From Okeania sp. (GTDB lineage Bacteria > Cyanobacteriota > Cyanobacteriia > Cyanobacteriales > Microcoleaceae): DNA of 21,347 nucleotides. Where the stretch lies: positions 1 through 21,347 of the forward strand of contig NZ_JAYKGW010000246.1 in the NCBI RefSeq assembly GCF_035285525.1, written 5' to 3'. Positions 1 through 8,274 of the stretch are shown in pieces. Below the pieces are notes generated by a model. The model did not search any database and was not told the origin of the DNA. It saw nothing but the letters and a program-made list of their open reading frames with translations. Both the position numbers and the translations under genes were made by a program. Position 1 is the stretch's first letter. Each line of letters begins with the position of its first letter.

Positions 1-299
1 CAGTCAGGACTTAGACAAAGATACTTTACTATATATAGAGTCAAAAAACTATTGTGCAATAGTTTGAAACTCCATATCTATGGTCTATGGGTAAGTCATA
101 ATAGTAAAAACTTAAATAAATTTATGATTGACTACATTTTTCAGGTCAAAAGATTTGAAAACAGTCAGGACTTAGACAAAGATACTTTACTATATATAGA
201 GTCAAAAAACTATTGTGCAATAGTTTGAAACTCCATATCTATAGTCTATCGGTAAGTCATAATAGTAAAAACTTAAATAAACTTATGATTGACTACATT
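1..299 (+). repeat. Tandem duplication with a 161-bp period (copy 1 = 1..138, copy 2 = 162..299). Each copy carries a ~95-bp MITE (about 5..99 and 166..260) plus the cobH upstream region and first 15 nt.
   Basis: Bases 1..138 recur at 162..299 with only 3 mismatches. Both copies end in ATGATTGACTACATT. Copy 2 continues into cobH, while copy 1 (ATG at 124) runs into a 34-codon dead-end frame ending at 228. The window edge may truncate the repeat. Confidence 0.9.
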
Positions 300-920
300 C
301 GTAACGGCGAAGAAATTTACCGCCAATCTTTTGGTATAATTCGTTCTGAAGCTAAACTAGACAGTTTACCTACTGACTTAGCTGATATTGCAGTCAGACT
401 CATGCACGCCTGTGGAATGACAGATATCGTGCCAGACTTAGCAACTTCAGCAGATGCAGTACAAATAGGTCGCACTGCCTTAATTAAAGGCGCACCTATT
501 CTCTGTGATACCCAAATGGTAGCTAATGGAATTATTCCCCATCGCTTACCTGCTAATAACCAAATTATTTGTACCCTCAACGATCCAGAAGTTCCAGAAA
601 TGGCAAAAAAAATTAATAATACTCGTTCCGCAACTGGTGTAGAATTATGGAAACCTCTGATTAATGGTGCAGTTGTCGCTATTGGCAATGCCCCAACTGC
701 ACTGTTTCACTTACTAGAATTATTAGATGAGGGAATGGCAAAACCCGCTCTTATTTTAGGTTTTCCTGTAGGTTTTGTCGGTGCAGCAGAGTCAAAAGCA
801 GAACTGGCAACCAATAGTCGGGGTGTTCCATTTATTACATTGCATGGACGACGGGGTGGAAGTGCCATAGCTGCTGCTGCTGTTAATGCTTTAGGGAACG
901 AAAGACTTGCCAAGGATTAA
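285..920 (+). CDS. cobH: Precorrin-8X methylmutase (CobH/CbiC family)
   Basis: The N-terminus MIDYIRNGEEIYRQSFGIIRSEA and the C-terminal block GFPVGFVGAAESK...HGRRGGSAIAAAAVNAL are typical of CobH/CbiC. The ORF-track start at 213 lies inside the duplicated MITE, so I use the ATG at 285. The gene sits next to cobI. Confidence 0.85.
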   Translation: MIDYIRNGEEIYRQSFGIIRSEAKLDSLPTDLADIAVRLMHACGMTDIVPDLATSADAVQIGRTALIKGAPILCDTQMVANGIIPHRLPANNQIICTLNDPEVPEMAKKINNTRSATGVELWKPLINGAVVAIGNAPTALFHLLELLDEGMAKPALILGFPVGFVGAAESKAELATNSRGVPFITLHGRRGGSAIAAAAVNALGNERLAKD

Positions 921-1130
921 AATCCTTAGCTGATTGATAGCTTAAGTCTTAAGTCATATCAAATCCGCTGGCTTTCGAGAATAAGGTTCTACCATCAGTA
1001 TTGGCTAAGACTCTTAGTTTGTAGGGTTTGGTCTTCAACTTATCGGGAACCTTACCCTCTACAAACTCAAAATTTTTCCAATACTGTAGGTATTAACTAT
1101 TAACTAAAAAAGCTGATAACTGAAAAAGTG

Positions 1131-1823
1131 ATGACAGAACTAGGAAAACTATATGGATTAGGTATTGGACCAGGAGACCCAGAGTTACTAACTCTCAAAG
1201 CACACCGGATTTTAACGACCGTTCCTATAATTGCTTACCCTGCTTCCGAAAATGGCAAATCTCTAGCACGAGCGATCGCTGCTGAGTTTATTCGTTCTGA
1301 CCAAATTGAAATTCCGATACATTTACCTTTTAATGTTAACGAGTCATCAGCACCCTATTACGATCAAGCTGCTGAACAGATTGGCGAACATCTAAAAACT
1401 GGGCAAGATGTAGCAGTTTTGTGCGAGGGAGAACCGATGTTGTATGGCTCGTTTATGTATATTTTTCAGCGACTTTCAGGGCAGTTTCCCACAGAAGTTG
1501 TACCGGGAATTTCTTCAACTTTAGCAAGTGCAGCTATGCTAGGAGTACCACTTACTTACCGCCATGATGTTTTGAGTATTATACCCGCTACTTTAGATGA
1601 AATTAAATTACGCGATCGCCTCATAGTTGCTGATGCGGCAGTAATTATCAAATTAGGCAGACATTTTGCTAAAGTCCGGAAGATATTAGATGAGTTAGGG
1701 TTGTTAGAGCGATCGCTTTATATTGAAAGAGCAACCCAAACCGAGCAAAAAATTATTGATATTACTGAAGTCGAAGCAAAAGAAGTTCCTTACTGGAGTT
1801 TAATTTTAATTCCTAGTAATTAG
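1131..1823 (+). CDS. cobI: Precorrin-2 C20-methyltransferase (CobI/CbiL, tetrapyrrole methylase family)
   Basis: KLYGLGIGPGDPELLTLKA is the SAM-binding N-terminal motif of tetrapyrrole methylases. The ~230-aa length and the cobH neighbour fit CobI/CbiL. The ATG at 1131 directly follows the GTG at 1128 used by the ORF track. Confidence 0.8.
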   Translation: MTELGKLYGLGIGPGDPELLTLKAHRILTTVPIIAYPASENGKSLARAIAAEFIRSDQIEIPIHLPFNVNESSAPYYDQAAEQIGEHLKTGQDVAVLCEGEPMLYGSFMYIFQRLSGQFPTEVVPGISSTLASAAMLGVPLTYRHDVLSIIPATLDEIKLRDRLIVADAAVIIKLGRHFAKVRKILDELGLLERSLYIERATQTEQKIIDITEVEAKEVPYWSLILIPSN

Positions 1824-1855
1824 GTGCTGATTAAATCTATTAGGATTGAAATATA

Positions 1856-1925
1856 CAGGACTTACACAGAACTACCATATCTGGTAGGGGCGAATGGCAT
1901 TCGCCCTCTATATAAATATTACCAT
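1856..1925 (+). mobile_element. Solo-end MITE fragment (CAGGACTTAC family) with the hairpin GGGCGAAT-GGC-ATTCGCCC at 1888..1906
   Basis: It starts with CAGGACTTACAC, the terminal motif shared by many elements in this window, and no matching right end is visible. An 8-bp perfect stem lies 65 nt after the cobI stop and could act as a weak terminator, though no U-tract follows. Confidence 0.5.
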
Positions 1926-2042
1926 CAATTTCTCAACTACCTTTCTTTTAATTTAGATTTTTTCATTTGACCATTATTTGCTACAATACTCAATAATAAA
2001 TAATTGATAAAGCTCAATTTTATCTCATTAAAAAACAGCTCA

Positions 2043-2469
2043 ATGCCTGCAAAATACTTTTATCATAATACTGTAAAAACTGCCCTAATTAAAGATGGTT
2101 AGACTATTACCAAAGACCCACTAATTCTCAGGATTGGTACTCGTAATGTTCAAGTTGATTTAGGTGCTGAAAAATTGATTGCTGCCGAACGAGGTGCGAC
2201 CAAAATAGCTGTTGAAGTCAAAAGTTTTATCAGTCCTTCTTTGATTAATGAGCTGGAAAAAGCATGGGGACAATTCTTTTTTTATAGTACAATACTTCAA
2301 AAACCAGACCCCACGTCTAATATATTTGGCAGTCGAGGGGGATATTTTTGCAACTTTATTTGAGGAAGAAGCAGGAAAACTTTTATTAGCTGAACCTGGT
2401 TTTCGCCTGTTTACTTTTGATGCTTTGATGGAGGAAATTATTCAATGGAAACCACAAATCGACTCTTAG
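2043..2469 (+). pseudogene. xisH: xisH pseudogene (XisH family, fdxN-element excision controlling factor type)
   Basis: The translation MPAKYFYHNTVKTALIKDG*TITKDP...DLGAEKLIAAERGATKIAVEVKSF...GQFFFYSTILQKPDP then continues in the +1 frame as RLIYLAVEGDIFATLFEE...EEIIQWKPQ. There is an in-frame TAG at 2100..2102 where paralogs have W (TGG). A 1-nt frameshift lies near 2307..2315. ORF-track entries 2175..2363 and 2248..2469 are its fragments. Confidence 0.85.
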
Positions 2470-2798
2470 ATATAGAGGAGTGGTGCGACACTCTCTCCAA
2501 GATTTTACAATACTATGCGGATATTCCTTACTGCTATGGTGATGTGAAAACTTTTATGATTATTAGTCAAGATCGCAACCATTTTATGTTACTCCATGAA
2601 GGATGGGAAAATCGTCGTCATGTTTATGGTACTATTGTTCATGCGGAAATTTGCCATGAGAAAATTTGGATTTATTACGATGGTATTGAGGATGGAATTA
2701 CGGACGAACTTGTTGCTGCTGGAGTACCGAAGGATAGAATTGTACTTGCTTTTCATCCTCCTGATGTTCGTCAGTATACCGGGTATGGAGTTGGATAG
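2445..2798 (+). CDS. xisI: XisI family protein (intact)
   Basis: 117 aa with the XisI-type core GW...YG..VH.EI...KIWIYYDGIEDGITDELVAAGVPKDRIVLAFHPP. The start overlaps the xisH remnant by 25 nt, which is the typical xisH-xisI arrangement. Confidence 0.85.
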   Translation: METTNRLLDIEEWCDTLSKILQYYADIPYCYGDVKTFMIISQDRNHFMLLHEGWENRRHVYGTIVHAEICHEKIWIYYDGIEDGITDELVAAGVPKDRIVLAFHPPDVRQYTGYGVG

Positions 2799-2882
2799 CG
2801 CAAGTCAGAAGTTAGAGCTAATCTAGTTCATAAAAATGATACAAAACTTCACTTAACCTAACAACCTGATGTTTACTTCTTG

Positions 2883-2932
2883 TATAGTTGGGGGGTAGGG
2901 AGATGGAGAGGTAGGGAGATTGAAGTGTAGAT
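2883..2932 (-). repeat. Dispersed block carrying a (CCCCATCT)n-type octamer tract, minus orientation
   Basis: The reverse complement matches 15913..15956 closely (ATCTACACTTCAA.CTCCC...CCCATCTCCC..AACTATA). Similar tracts occur at 13150..13190 and 19715..19740. Confidence 0.7.
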
Positions 2933-3280
2933 AGGGTTTGGTGAAAATCCTAACTTTTTATATTTTGGGCAAATAAGGTACAGGGTAAATGGTAAAATTC
3001 TTGTAGTGCAGGCCGGAAAGCCCGTATGGGGGTGTACCTCATAACAAAGAAAAACCCTTTCAATAATGGATAATTGATAATTACCCCTCCCTAAAAACGG
3101 ATAGGATTGAATAAAAGGAAAAAATTTATTTCTCAAGGGGAGATTAGAAATGGCGAGGAGACCCGCTCTTACAGAGCCTCTCCGAAGTACGCCATCTCAC
3201 CCTTCGGGAATATCCGCTGATTACCGCTTTTTCCCCTTTAAAGGGGAGGCTTCAAGGCGCGAATTATTTAATTATTTAAT

Positions 3281-3373
3281 TCAGGACTTACGCAGCGACC
3301 CTAGATATAGTGCTTAAAACCCCATGCGCAATAGTTTTTTAACTCTACATATACTACTTTTGCGTAAGTCCTG
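3281..3373. mobile_element. Complete 93-bp MITE with perfect 13-bp terminal inverted repeats CAGGACTTACGCA / TGCGTAAGTCCTG
   Basis: The TIRs are read directly at 3281..3293 and 3361..3373. The internal AACTATTGCGCATGGGGTTTTAAG core is shared with copies at 16216..16275 and 19162..19230. Confidence 0.85.
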
Positions 3374-3557
3374 TAATCATTAATTCTTCGGTATAATACC
3401 AAATAGATATCTCCAGAAAAGAGGGAACAGGGAACACTAGATATGTGGGAATAGGGAAGAATAATTGATAATTTCGTATGGGAGAATTAATTTTAATTTT
3501 TATTTTTGGAGATGTCTAATGGGTTTCTATAGTCATACTCTTGCAACTTCTTCCTTC

Positions 3558-6317
3558 TTACTTCTTTCTTCTTCCTTCTTCTTGATACTCTTGAATGAAA
3601 GTTTTCAACCGTTTAAGCTGGAAACTATTTGCTAGCTGCAAAATATTTTTGGCAAAATAGTTTAAGGTTGTGTCGGATGCTAGAATATTTTCGGCAACTT
3701 CTACAATACCTTGAATATCACCATCCTCAACTAGAGTGAGTAATTGTTCTAAGACTTCATTGCTCGGAGCAACAACTTCATCATCTAGCCTAACTTCATT
3801 TACCTCAGTTGATACTGTAGTCTGTTGCTGATAAATCCACTCTATATCCAGATAATGCTGTAAAATTTCCAATAATCTATCAGTCTGTATCGGTTTGGGC
3901 AAAAATACATTGGCTCCAGTATCAATAGCCTCCTGTTGATTGCTCTCAAACACACTAGCAGAAGAAGCGATCGCCACAACATCCTTGAATTTTGGCGACG
4001 AACAAATGTTTTCTAGCAATTCATAACCATTCATTACAGGCATCATTAAATCAGTAATCACTACATCTGGCAACAATACTGTCATTTTTTCTAGAGCTTC
4101 CTTTCCATTTTGTGCTTCACTCATTTCAAAGCCTAGCATTTCTAACAAACTCACCACCACCGAACGATTTTCCCAACGGTCATCAACGACTAAAACCCGG
4201 CGTTTTTTACCTTGATAACCTAAAATAGTTTCCTGGTTGAAAGTTCTGGAAGTTGTTGCCCATTCTTGTGCTTCTGAAACTTCCATATCAAACCAGAAGG
4301 TACTCCCCTTACCCGCTTGACTCTCTACTTCTAATTGACTGTCCATAAGTTTGACAATTTTTTGACTAATAGCTAATCCCAAACCTGTGCCTTCTGTCTT
4401 TTTTTTGCGATCGCCTACCTGTTCAAATGGCTGAAAAATTTTCTGCTGTTGTTCTGGAGTGATGCCTATCCCTGTATCTTTGACTTCAAAATGGAGATGA
4501 TATTTTGCCTGCTTTTGTTCCAGTTTATTGGCTGTAACCACAAAGGTAACGCTACCAGAATCGGTGAATTTAATGGCATTGCCGAGGAGATTGATCAATA
4601 CTTGCTGTAGTCGTTTTTCATCAGCACGAATACCTATGGGTAAATTCTCATCAGGTGCGTAGTTAAAATCTATACCTTTTTGTTCAGCTCGAATGCGACA
4701 AATTTCGGCAACACCTTGGAGAAAGGAGGGGAAATGAAACTCGTTGAGTGAGAGTTCAAGTTTACGGGCTTCGATTTTGGAGAGGTCGAGAATATCATTG
4801 ATTAAGTTCAGCAGGTGAGAGCCACATTGTTTAATGATAGCAACACCTTTGCGCTCTTTATCATTCATTATTGAAGAACGTTGGAGGATTTGAGCATAAC
4901 CCAGAATACCGTTGAGGGGTGTACGAAGTTCATGGCTCATATTGGCAAGAAATTCACTTTTAGCTTGATTGGCATTTTCTGCCTGTTTTTTGGATTCTTG
5001 CAGTTGTTGATTAGATTCCGCTAATTCAATGGTTCGCTCTTCAACTCTTGCCTCTAACATTTCCAATGAATCTTTCAACTGATTTGCCATTTGATTAAAA
5101 GATTGGTTTAATTCTCCCACTTCATCAAAACGTTTCAAGTCTATAGCTTCATTCCATTTTCCGCGAGCAATATCTTTGGCTGCATTATTCAAACGTAAAA
5201 TCGGTTTTGTCACCCATCGCGCTGTGATAATACCAATAATGGTCGCAATAATTAAAGCAGCGATACAAAGGAAAATTGTCGTGCGAGTATTGGCATTAAT
5301 TTCTGCCATGAAGTCTGATGCTGGGACGACAACAACGCATAACCAATCTATACCCTGTTGTTTGATTGGATTCACTTGAGCCAACAACAACTTTCCATCA
5401 ATTTTGAAGCTGAACTGTTGTGCTTCGGTGATTTGGGAAAGATCGCCAAAAGAATTAACCAAATATTGAGCTGTGATTTTAGTTAGGGTATTTTGACTGT
5501 TTTTTGCCTGGAGTCGTTGTGCTTTTTCATCTTTTTTTCCTGGTATAAATGGCTGTTCAGATGTTGAACTACCAATTAGATTTCCTGAAGGTTCAATCAG
5601 AAAAACTTCACCTGAAGGACTAATCCTAAGTTCACGCAGAAAATCACTAATCAAACTGAGAAGAAGGTCAATTGCTAAAACTCCTTGAAAGTTTCCAGCT
5701 TCATCCTGAATGGGTGCAGAGAAAGTAATTCCAAGTATGCCATCTGAGAAATTGTAAACTGGACCCCAGGTGGGATGACCTGCTTCTACTGCGGTAACAT
5801 ACCAAGGTCTTTGTCGCGGATAAAAGGGTTTGGAGTAAAGCAACTGAGTTCGCTGACCTTGCTCATCTATAGCGTAAGTATTGCGAACTGGAAAGTCTAT
5901 AATATCTCTAACCACAAATGTTCCATCAGGTTCACGTCGGGCGAAGGCATATTCTCCAATTTCAGGGTTACCTGCAAAATAAATACTGCGAACAGACTCG
6001 AAAAGCTGAACTTGTTTCCATAAATGCTGTTCTAAAGCATCCCGGTTATTTACACTCAGTTGGTTCAATTGAAAAGCATTGATATTAGTTTGAGTAATAA
6101 TTTGAGGATATTCTAAGTAATCTTTAATGTGGTCTTGAACTCGGTTAGTGATTTCATTTTGTAAATCAAATGCTAATTTGTTAACCGCTTTCTCTGAATT
6201 TTTGAAAGAAAGATAACCTACCAATCCAACGGCTGTGAGAATTTGCAAAATAAAGGGAATAATTAAAACGATTCTCAGAGACTTTTGGTGAGTTAATTTG
6301 TTGATTAGTTTATTCAT
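3558..6317 (-). CDS. Hybrid sensor histidine kinase: TM, double-Cache-like periplasmic domain, TM, HAMP, coiled coil, HisKA, HATPase_c, REC, then an unassigned C-terminal helical tail
   Basis: The H-box is SHELRTPLNGILGYAQIL, the N-box LINLLGNAIKFT, and the G-boxes VKDTGIGI and GTGLGLAISQKIV. The receiver reads VLVVDDRWENR...VVITDLMMPVMNGYEL...LPKP. Two hydrophobic segments flank a ~320-aa region with RPWY...W..VY, which is Cache-like. I use the ATG at 6317 (MNKLINKL...) because codons upstream lie inside a MITE. Confidence 0.9.
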   Translation of the reverse strand: MNKLINKLTHQKSLRIVLIIPFILQILTAVGLVGYLSFKNSEKAVNKLAFDLQNEITNRVQDHIKDYLEYPQIITQTNINAFQLNQLSVNNRDALEQHLWKQVQLFESVRSIYFAGNPEIGEYAFARREPDGTFVVRDIIDFPVRNTYAIDEQGQRTQLLYSKPFYPRQRPWYVTAVEAGHPTWGPVYNFSDGILGITFSAPIQDEAGNFQGVLAIDLLLSLISDFLRELRISPSGEVFLIEPSGNLIGSSTSEQPFIPGKKDEKAQRLQAKNSQNTLTKITAQYLVNSFGDLSQITEAQQFSFKIDGKLLLAQVNPIKQQGIDWLCVVVVPASDFMAEINANTRTTIFLCIAALIIATIIGIITARWVTKPILRLNNAAKDIARGKWNEAIDLKRFDEVGELNQSFNQMANQLKDSLEMLEARVEERTIELAESNQQLQESKKQAENANQAKSEFLANMSHELRTPLNGILGYAQILQRSSIMNDKERKGVAIIKQCGSHLLNLINDILDLSKIEARKLELSLNEFHFPSFLQGVAEICRIRAEQKGIDFNYAPDENLPIGIRADEKRLQQVLINLLGNAIKFTDSGSVTFVVTANKLEQKQAKYHLHFEVKDTGIGITPEQQQKIFQPFEQVGDRKKKTEGTGLGLAISQKIVKLMDSQLEVESQAGKGSTFWFDMEVSEAQEWATTSRTFNQETILGYQGKKRRVLVVDDRWENRSVVVSLLEMLGFEMSEAQNGKEALEKMTVLLPDVVITDLMMPVMNGYELLENICSSPKFKDVVAIASSASVFESNQQEAIDTGANVFLPKPIQTDRLLEILQHYLDIEWIYQQQTTVSTEVNEVRLDDEVVAPSNEVLEQLLTLVEDGDIQGIVEVAENILASDTTLNYFAKNILQLANSFQLKRLKTFIQEYQEEGRRKK

Positions 6318-6326
6318 GGTTTGAGT

Positions 6327-6475
6327 TATAGCGCTGCGCGCAGGGAACAGGGAACACTTAACTGGGAACACTTAACTGGGAACAGGGAGAATAAATTGCC
6401 GATAATATAAGGCTTTTAGCTATTGGATACCTCCTGCAATTTGTAAGACGTGCCAGCACACATTACTATATATAG
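6327..6475 (+). mobile_element. MITE of the GGGAACAGGGAACAC family, with an internal duplication of GGGAACACTTAACT
   Basis: It is bounded by TATAGCGCTGCGCGCAGGGAACAG and GCACACATTACTATATATAG. The reverse-orientation copy at 14782..14903 aligns end to end, and partial copies lie at 12696..12725 and 12790..12888. The element ends 10 nt upstream of the kinase ATG. Confidence 0.8.
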
Positions 6476-6515
6476 GAAGGAAGAGGGAAGAAGGAAGAGG
6501 GAAGAAGGAAGAGAA
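6476..6515 (+). repeat. Purine-rich tandem repeat (AGGAAGAGGGAAGA, about 2.7 copies) of the dispersed GGAAGAAGG motif family
   Basis: The period of 14 is read directly. Related tracts are at 3541..3580 (opposite strand, encoding the last codons EEGRRKK of the kinase), 6585..6615, 6941..6972 and 21055..21085. Confidence 0.8.
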
Positions 6516-6738
6516 TCAAGTGAAAAGGCACAAAGTTTTCATCAATTATGCTAATTTGATAAATGTTTGTTACAAATAGTAGAAGCAAGAAAGAAGGAAG
6601 AAGGCAGAAGAAAGAAACCTTCAACAAAAAAGCATAAACGACAGAGTTAACTATCTAAAATTAATTCGGGCAGCTATTTTTAAGCATTTCCGAGAAAGAT
6701 TTACCTTTTTGTATCATTCTTTTTTTGAAATAGTATTA

Positions 6739-6849
6739 CAGCAATGCATGAGGATGGTGAGGTACAGTTGAAGATTAATCTCTATCCACTGTAACACAGG
6801 CTTCCAGCCTGTAACAAGCAGGATGCTTGTGTTACCAAAATTACTAAAT
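6739..6849 (+). mobile_element. GAGGTAC-family MITE, left part, truncated by insertion of the next element
   Basis: CAGCAATGCATGAGGATGGTGAGGTAC...GTAACAAGCAGGATGCTTGTGTTACCAAAATTACTAAAT aligns with the copies at 12888..13029 and 15759..15895. The right arm is missing because a CAGGACTTACGCA element starts at 6850. Confidence 0.75.
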
Positions 6850-6935
6850 CAGGACTTACGCAAAGGGGCTAGTTCTAGAGTCTATATATAGAGTCCAAAA
6901 ACTATTGGACAATAGTTTTAAACGCTATATGTGGT
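6850..6935 (+). mobile_element. CAGGACTTACGCA-family MITE, right end missing, inserted into the GAGGTAC-family element
   Basis: It has the left TIR CAGGACTTACGCA and the core TATATATAGAGTCCAAAAACTATTGGACAATAGTTTTAAAC, which resembles the copies at 5..99 and 166..260. Confidence 0.7.
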
Positions 6936-6969
6936 TTTTTCTGCTCTTCAAGCTTCTTCCTTACTTTCT

Positions 6970-8265
6970 CTATACAATACTGATGCCACCAGTAGTTTCA
7001 ACGATCGGAATTTGGATTGTAAATTCTGCTCCCGATCCAACTTGAGAATTTACATCAAGTGAACCATTGTGTTGTTCGACAACAATTTGATGAGCGATCG
7101 CTAGTCCTAAACCTGTACCTTTGCCGACTGATTTTGTGGTAAACATTGCCTCAAACAATCGTGGTTTAATAGACTCAGGAATCCCAATTCCGTTATCTGC
7201 AATTTTGATAACGATTTCTTCCTCCGACAAATTTGTTTGAGTTGTAATTTTAATTTTTGGCAGCCAATCTCCCAATTTTCCCTGAATCATTGTTTCATCC
7301 AAAGCATCAATTGCATTTGCTAAAATATTCATAAATACCTGATTCATTTGTCCAGGATAACACAGAACTGAAGGCAACGAGCCATAAGACTTAATAACTT
7401 CGATTGGCGAGCGATCGCCTTTACCTTTGAGGCGATGTTGCAAAATTATCAGTGTACTATCTAAACATTCATGTAAATCTGCCAGAACTTTAGTTTCATT
7501 ATCCAAACGAGAAAACATCCGGATTGAGGTTGAAATATTCTTGATCCGATCTGCACCTAATCTAAAAGAGTTTAAAATTTTCGTTATATCTTCCAGGACA
7601 AATTCGAGAGCTAAATCCTCGATGGTTTCCCTTAACTCTAGTGAAGGAGTGGAATATTCCTGCTGATAAAGATTTAGAATTTCAGTCATTATAGTTATAT
7701 ACTCTTGCAGTGGCTTAATATTATTGACAATAAAGTTGATGGGATTATTCAGTTCATGCCCAATCCCCGCCACCATTTCCCCAAGACTAGAGAGTTTTTC
7801 TTGCTGCACCAGTTGAACTTGGGCTTTTTGCAAAGTAGCCGTGCGATCGCGAACCTGTGCTTCCAGGGATTCTGTTAGAGATTTTAGTTGCAAATGTACT
7901 CGCACTCTTGCTAAAACTTCGGCCGACTCAAAGGGTTTGGGAATATAATCAACCGCACCGAGAGCAAATGCTTTGGCTTTACTTTCTGTATCAGCAAAGG
8001 CAGTAATAAAAATGATCGGAATGCCTTGGGTTGCCGGATTTGTTTTAAGTTGGCGACAGGTTTCAAATCCATCAATTCCAGGCATTTGCACATCTAGCAA
8101 AATCAGTTCAGGTTGATTCCGCTCAACTAAGGCCAAAGCAGTTTCTCCATCCATTGCTACTCGAAAACGAAACCCAGCACCACCCAGGGTTTCTGAGAGT
8201 ACCGATAAGTTGGTAGGGTTGTCGTCCACAATTAATATAAGTGGAGAGTTTTTATTTGTTAACAT
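6970..8265 (-). CDS. Response-regulator receiver fused to a histidine kinase (REC, coiled coil, HisKA-like, HATPase_c)
   Basis: The N-terminal REC reads LILIVDDNPTNL...LILLDVQMPGIDGFE...YIPKPF. The H-box is GIGHELNNPINFI, the N-box FMNILANAIDA, and the G-boxes IADNGIGIP and GKGTGLGLAIAHQIV. Confidence 0.9.
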   Translation of the reverse strand: MLTNKNSPLILIVDDNPTNLSVLSETLGGAGFRFRVAMDGETALALVERNQPELILLDVQMPGIDGFETCRQLKTNPATQGIPIIFITAFADTESKAKAFALGAVDYIPKPFESAEVLARVRVHLQLKSLTESLEAQVRDRTATLQKAQVQLVQQEKLSSLGEMVAGIGHELNNPINFIVNNIKPLQEYITIMTEILNLYQQEYSTPSLELRETIEDLALEFVLEDITKILNSFRLGADRIKNISTSIRMFSRLDNETKVLADLHECLDSTLIILQHRLKGKGDRSPIEVIKSYGSLPSVLCYPGQMNQVFMNILANAIDALDETMIQGKLGDWLPKIKITTQTNLSEEEIVIKIADNGIGIPESIKPRLFEAMFTTKSVGKGTGLGLAIAHQIVVEQHNGSLDVNSQVGSGAEFTIQIPIVETTGGISIV

Positions 8266-8274
8266 TACATTTTT

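Noticed and set aside
213-284. N-terminal extension of cobH in the ORF track (MCNSLKLHIYSLSVSHNSKNLNKL).
   Set aside because: These codons lie within the duplicated MITE. The family-typical N-terminus MIDYIRNG starts at the ATG at 285.
921-1130. The cobH-cobI intergenic region was examined for a cobalamin riboswitch or attenuator. It contains the imperfect hairpin AGTTTGTAGGG...CCCTCTACAAACT (1016..1067) and CTTAAGTC motifs.
   Set aside because: No B12-box-like sequence or conserved riboswitch core is visible. The CTTAAGTCTTAAGTCAT segment looks like degenerate MITE termini, so the hairpin is more likely repeat-derived.
2873-3136. 87-aa minus-strand ORF between xisI and the hybrid kinase.
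   Set aside because: It is composed of repeat-derived sequence (an octamer tract block and other dispersed segments). It has no recognisable motifs or start context.
5176-6023. Short plus-strand ORFs antisense to the hybrid kinase. Similar antisense or alternative-frame ORFs occur at 317..913, 2596..2826, 7427..7666, 7911..8093, 10262..10468, 11336..11773 and 11933..12127.
   Set aside because: All are nested within long, motif-rich genes, either on the other strand or in another frame, and have no motifs of their own.
6318-6371. N-terminal extension of the hybrid kinase (MFPVKCSLFPARSAITQT).
   Set aside because: It is encoded by the GGGAACAGGGAACAC MITE. The internal ATG at 6317 is followed directly by the basic stretch and first TM helix expected of the sensor N-terminus.
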